The notes below the pieces were generated by a model. It was not told the origin of the DNA. It saw only the letters and a list, made by a program, of their open reading frames with translations, and ran no database searches. From positions 186,001 through 250,000 of the forward strand of contig NIVC01000717.1 in NCBI GenBank assembly GCA_002269645.1: a stretch of DNA of 64,000 bases, written 5' to 3'. The DNA comes from Macrostomum lignano (lineage: Eukaryota). Every line of letters begins with the position of its first letter. The first letter of the stretch is position 1. Both the position numbers and the translations under genes were made by a program. Shown here piece by piece: positions 61,792 to 64,000 of the stretch.

Positions 61792-63689
61792 CTAGTCTTC
61801 CTCTTTGATCTCCTTCAACATCTGCATGTGCAGTTGGCCCAGACTGCCCGTTCTACCGCTGGTGGCCTGAGCCGCTGCAGCCACTGCCGCCTGAGACTGG
61901 AACACCCCTGGATTGCGCTTCATCTCCAAGCGGTCGACCATCTCTGCGGCAGCTCGACTAGCTGACCAGTTCGGGCAGAGCGCCACAAGGCGGAGTCGGA
62001 CAAAGGCGAACGCCAGGGCGAGCTGAACTCGACGCCTGAAGCTGCGAACGAACATCAGATAGACCCAGAAGTTGATGGCGTAGCTGATGTCCTGAAATCG
62101 ATTAGTCGATTGATTCGTTTCTAGAGACGTTTTTTTCTGGTTCAAAATAACGATAGAAGTACCCCTAGCATGCTGCATGATAGCTGCGTACATTACAACT
62201 TGCATACTTCCTTGCTGGGGTACGCTTCCTGAATTCTGGCCCGGCAGAGCAGCTGAGTGATAAACGAGTCTGACGCTCTTGCGCCACGACCCAGCTGGTT
62301 CGATTCCACATTTATTTGGGGCTTGAGCATTAAAAATGGCCTGGGGTTGTCGTTGCGATTGACATCCATGTCGGCCAACTCCCCATGAGCACAGAGTGCA
62401 TATGCCTGACGATTAAAAAAGTCGGGACAGCTCATGCTCCCTGTGTGAGTGTGTGTATGAGTTCGTGTCTGTGTATGGTACTGCACCCACCGCTTGTACA
62501 CAGGAGTGCTCATGTGCTCTGGAGTAAGCGAAATGACCTGAATTGCCTGAGCACTAGTTAAATGACAATGTCGCTGTAATGTAGATCTATCTACCTGGTC
62601 TATTATTTCTGTCATAGCTCAAAGGAGTGATGCAAGCAGTGCTCGAAGCCCACTGGACTAGTGACAAAAATAGAACTAGTACTCAAAAATCACGTCTTTT
62701 TGGCTTTTCTAGCATGACAACATCGAGCGTATACGCACCTTGACGGAGTCCAGCAGCTTGGCAGCCTGTTCAAGGACGTGACACCGGCAGCTCGGTCGAG
62801 GCTCGCAGAGGCCGCAGCCCGTCCTCATCACGATCACTACGCAGAGCGGACTCGACAGCAGACAGAAGGTGATGGACACCGCCAGGTTGGCATAGTAACG
62901 CGACATCGCCAAGTCTTTATCGTGTGAGCCGGGCAGCAGGTCGCGTCTCAAGCGTCTCACCTGAATAAGCTTGGCAACAATGGCTGCACTGAGTGCCGCT
63001 TGCAGTAGGCATGGAGCAACAAATATTCCGAATGCTTTAAAGTACAGGATGTACTTTGCTGCTGAGCTTGACTGTCCTCCATCGGTGCAGTTCAAAGCGA
63101 TTCGACAGCTAAACGACATGACATCCTCGTAGCCGGCGGTCTCCAGTCCATAGACCGCGATCACCGGGGACATGAGAATCAGGCCGAGGACTGCCACAGA
63201 GACTGCCGCAGCCACAGACTGAGTCACGTACCGGTGAGTCATCATTCGCATCGGCTGACTCACTGTCAGCAGTCGGTCAGCTGAGAATATCACTAGCAGG
63301 TAGGACGAGGCGAACAATGTCGAGTGTTGCATGTACTCGAGCAGTCGGCAACTCATCGGATGAGAGGCATCGAGCTTCAGCACCTCACTACCGTAAATGT
63401 GAGCCAAGCCTCTGCCAAGGAAGTCGTCGATGAAGCTGCTGAAGATAAGCACGCTGGAGTCCGATATCGCCAGAGCTACACACCAGATACCAAATCGGTT
63501 CCATCGCGACAGCCGAGCCTCCAGTGAGAAGATTGCAATTGTGAGAGCGTTCCCGAGAAGGCCCAGAATCACAATGGCAGGCGAACCAATTGCCCTGGTG
63601 GCACCGACTCCGTATCTTAGACGGTTCTCGAACTTGTCCGAACAGTTGTCCGGCCAGTGGTGCGAGAGCTCTCGGACGCCGTCAGGCAT
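61792..63689 (-). CDS. Class A GPCR, paralog of 52022-53281, two coding exons
   Basis: Exon 63689-62739 (GLLGN, AISD, FIDDFLGRGL, SSYLLVIFSADR..SVK), phase-0 GT-AG intron 62738-62092, exon 62091-61792 (DISYAINFWVYLMFVRSFRRR..*). The start may be extended by an upstream exon (acceptor at about 63738). Confidence 0.9.
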
Positions 63690-64000
63690 GCTGCGAGGTT
63701 GCAAGCCTTTGGAGAGTGAAAGTTGGAGACAGTATTTCTGTAAAATACGTGCAATGGATTGTAACAAAACTTTTTTCACAGGAATACTTACAAAGATCCT
63801 GTTATCCCTTCTGTTTCAGTTAGGTTGTTCTCGTTAAACAGTATTTAAGTTGACGCAAACAAGAACGTTTTTTACTGCTGACCTAGAATTCGCCCCTTTG
63901 CCCGTTCTGACAAACTGTTTGCTTTCCTGTTGCATCGCATGGGGATGTGCCAGGGGTTTTTACCTATTATCTGGTTTGCTGGTGCCTGTACACCGAAGCA

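Noticed and set aside
62193-62615. 140-aa ORF in the GPCR intron
   Set aside because: Overlaps a SINE-derived block and has no recognisable homology; cannot be supported as a gene.

Overview
Repeat-dense animal (eukaryotic) genomic DNA with spliceosomal introns; no prokaryotic features and no CRISPR array. The gene content and repeat style suggest a free-living flatworm such as Macrostomum (inference only). I reconstructed exon chains by hand. A PX-domain pseudokinase (PXK/Slob-like, minus strand, start 8873) sits head-to-head with a 23-exon tomosyn/STXBP5 gene (plus strand, 9339-45937, about 1550 aa, last intron GC-AG). Downstream are a small ubiquitin-like gene and two paralogous class A GPCR genes (all minus strand). 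The standout, absent from the ORF track because it needs splicing, is a second tomosyn-like R-SNARE module at 48268-48590. Its C-terminal SNARE layers and zero-layer Arg are intact, and it ends in a CaaX box (KDRKL-CTLL-stop), predicting a prenylated mini-SNARE or an alternative lipid-anchored tomosyn tail. Introns and intergenic DNA hold about 25 micro/minisatellite arrays, MITEs with clear TSDs (one carrying a 28S rRNA fragment), mariner and maT relics, a decayed THAP gene and tRNA-derived SINEs. All homology statements come from my recall of family sequences, not database searches.
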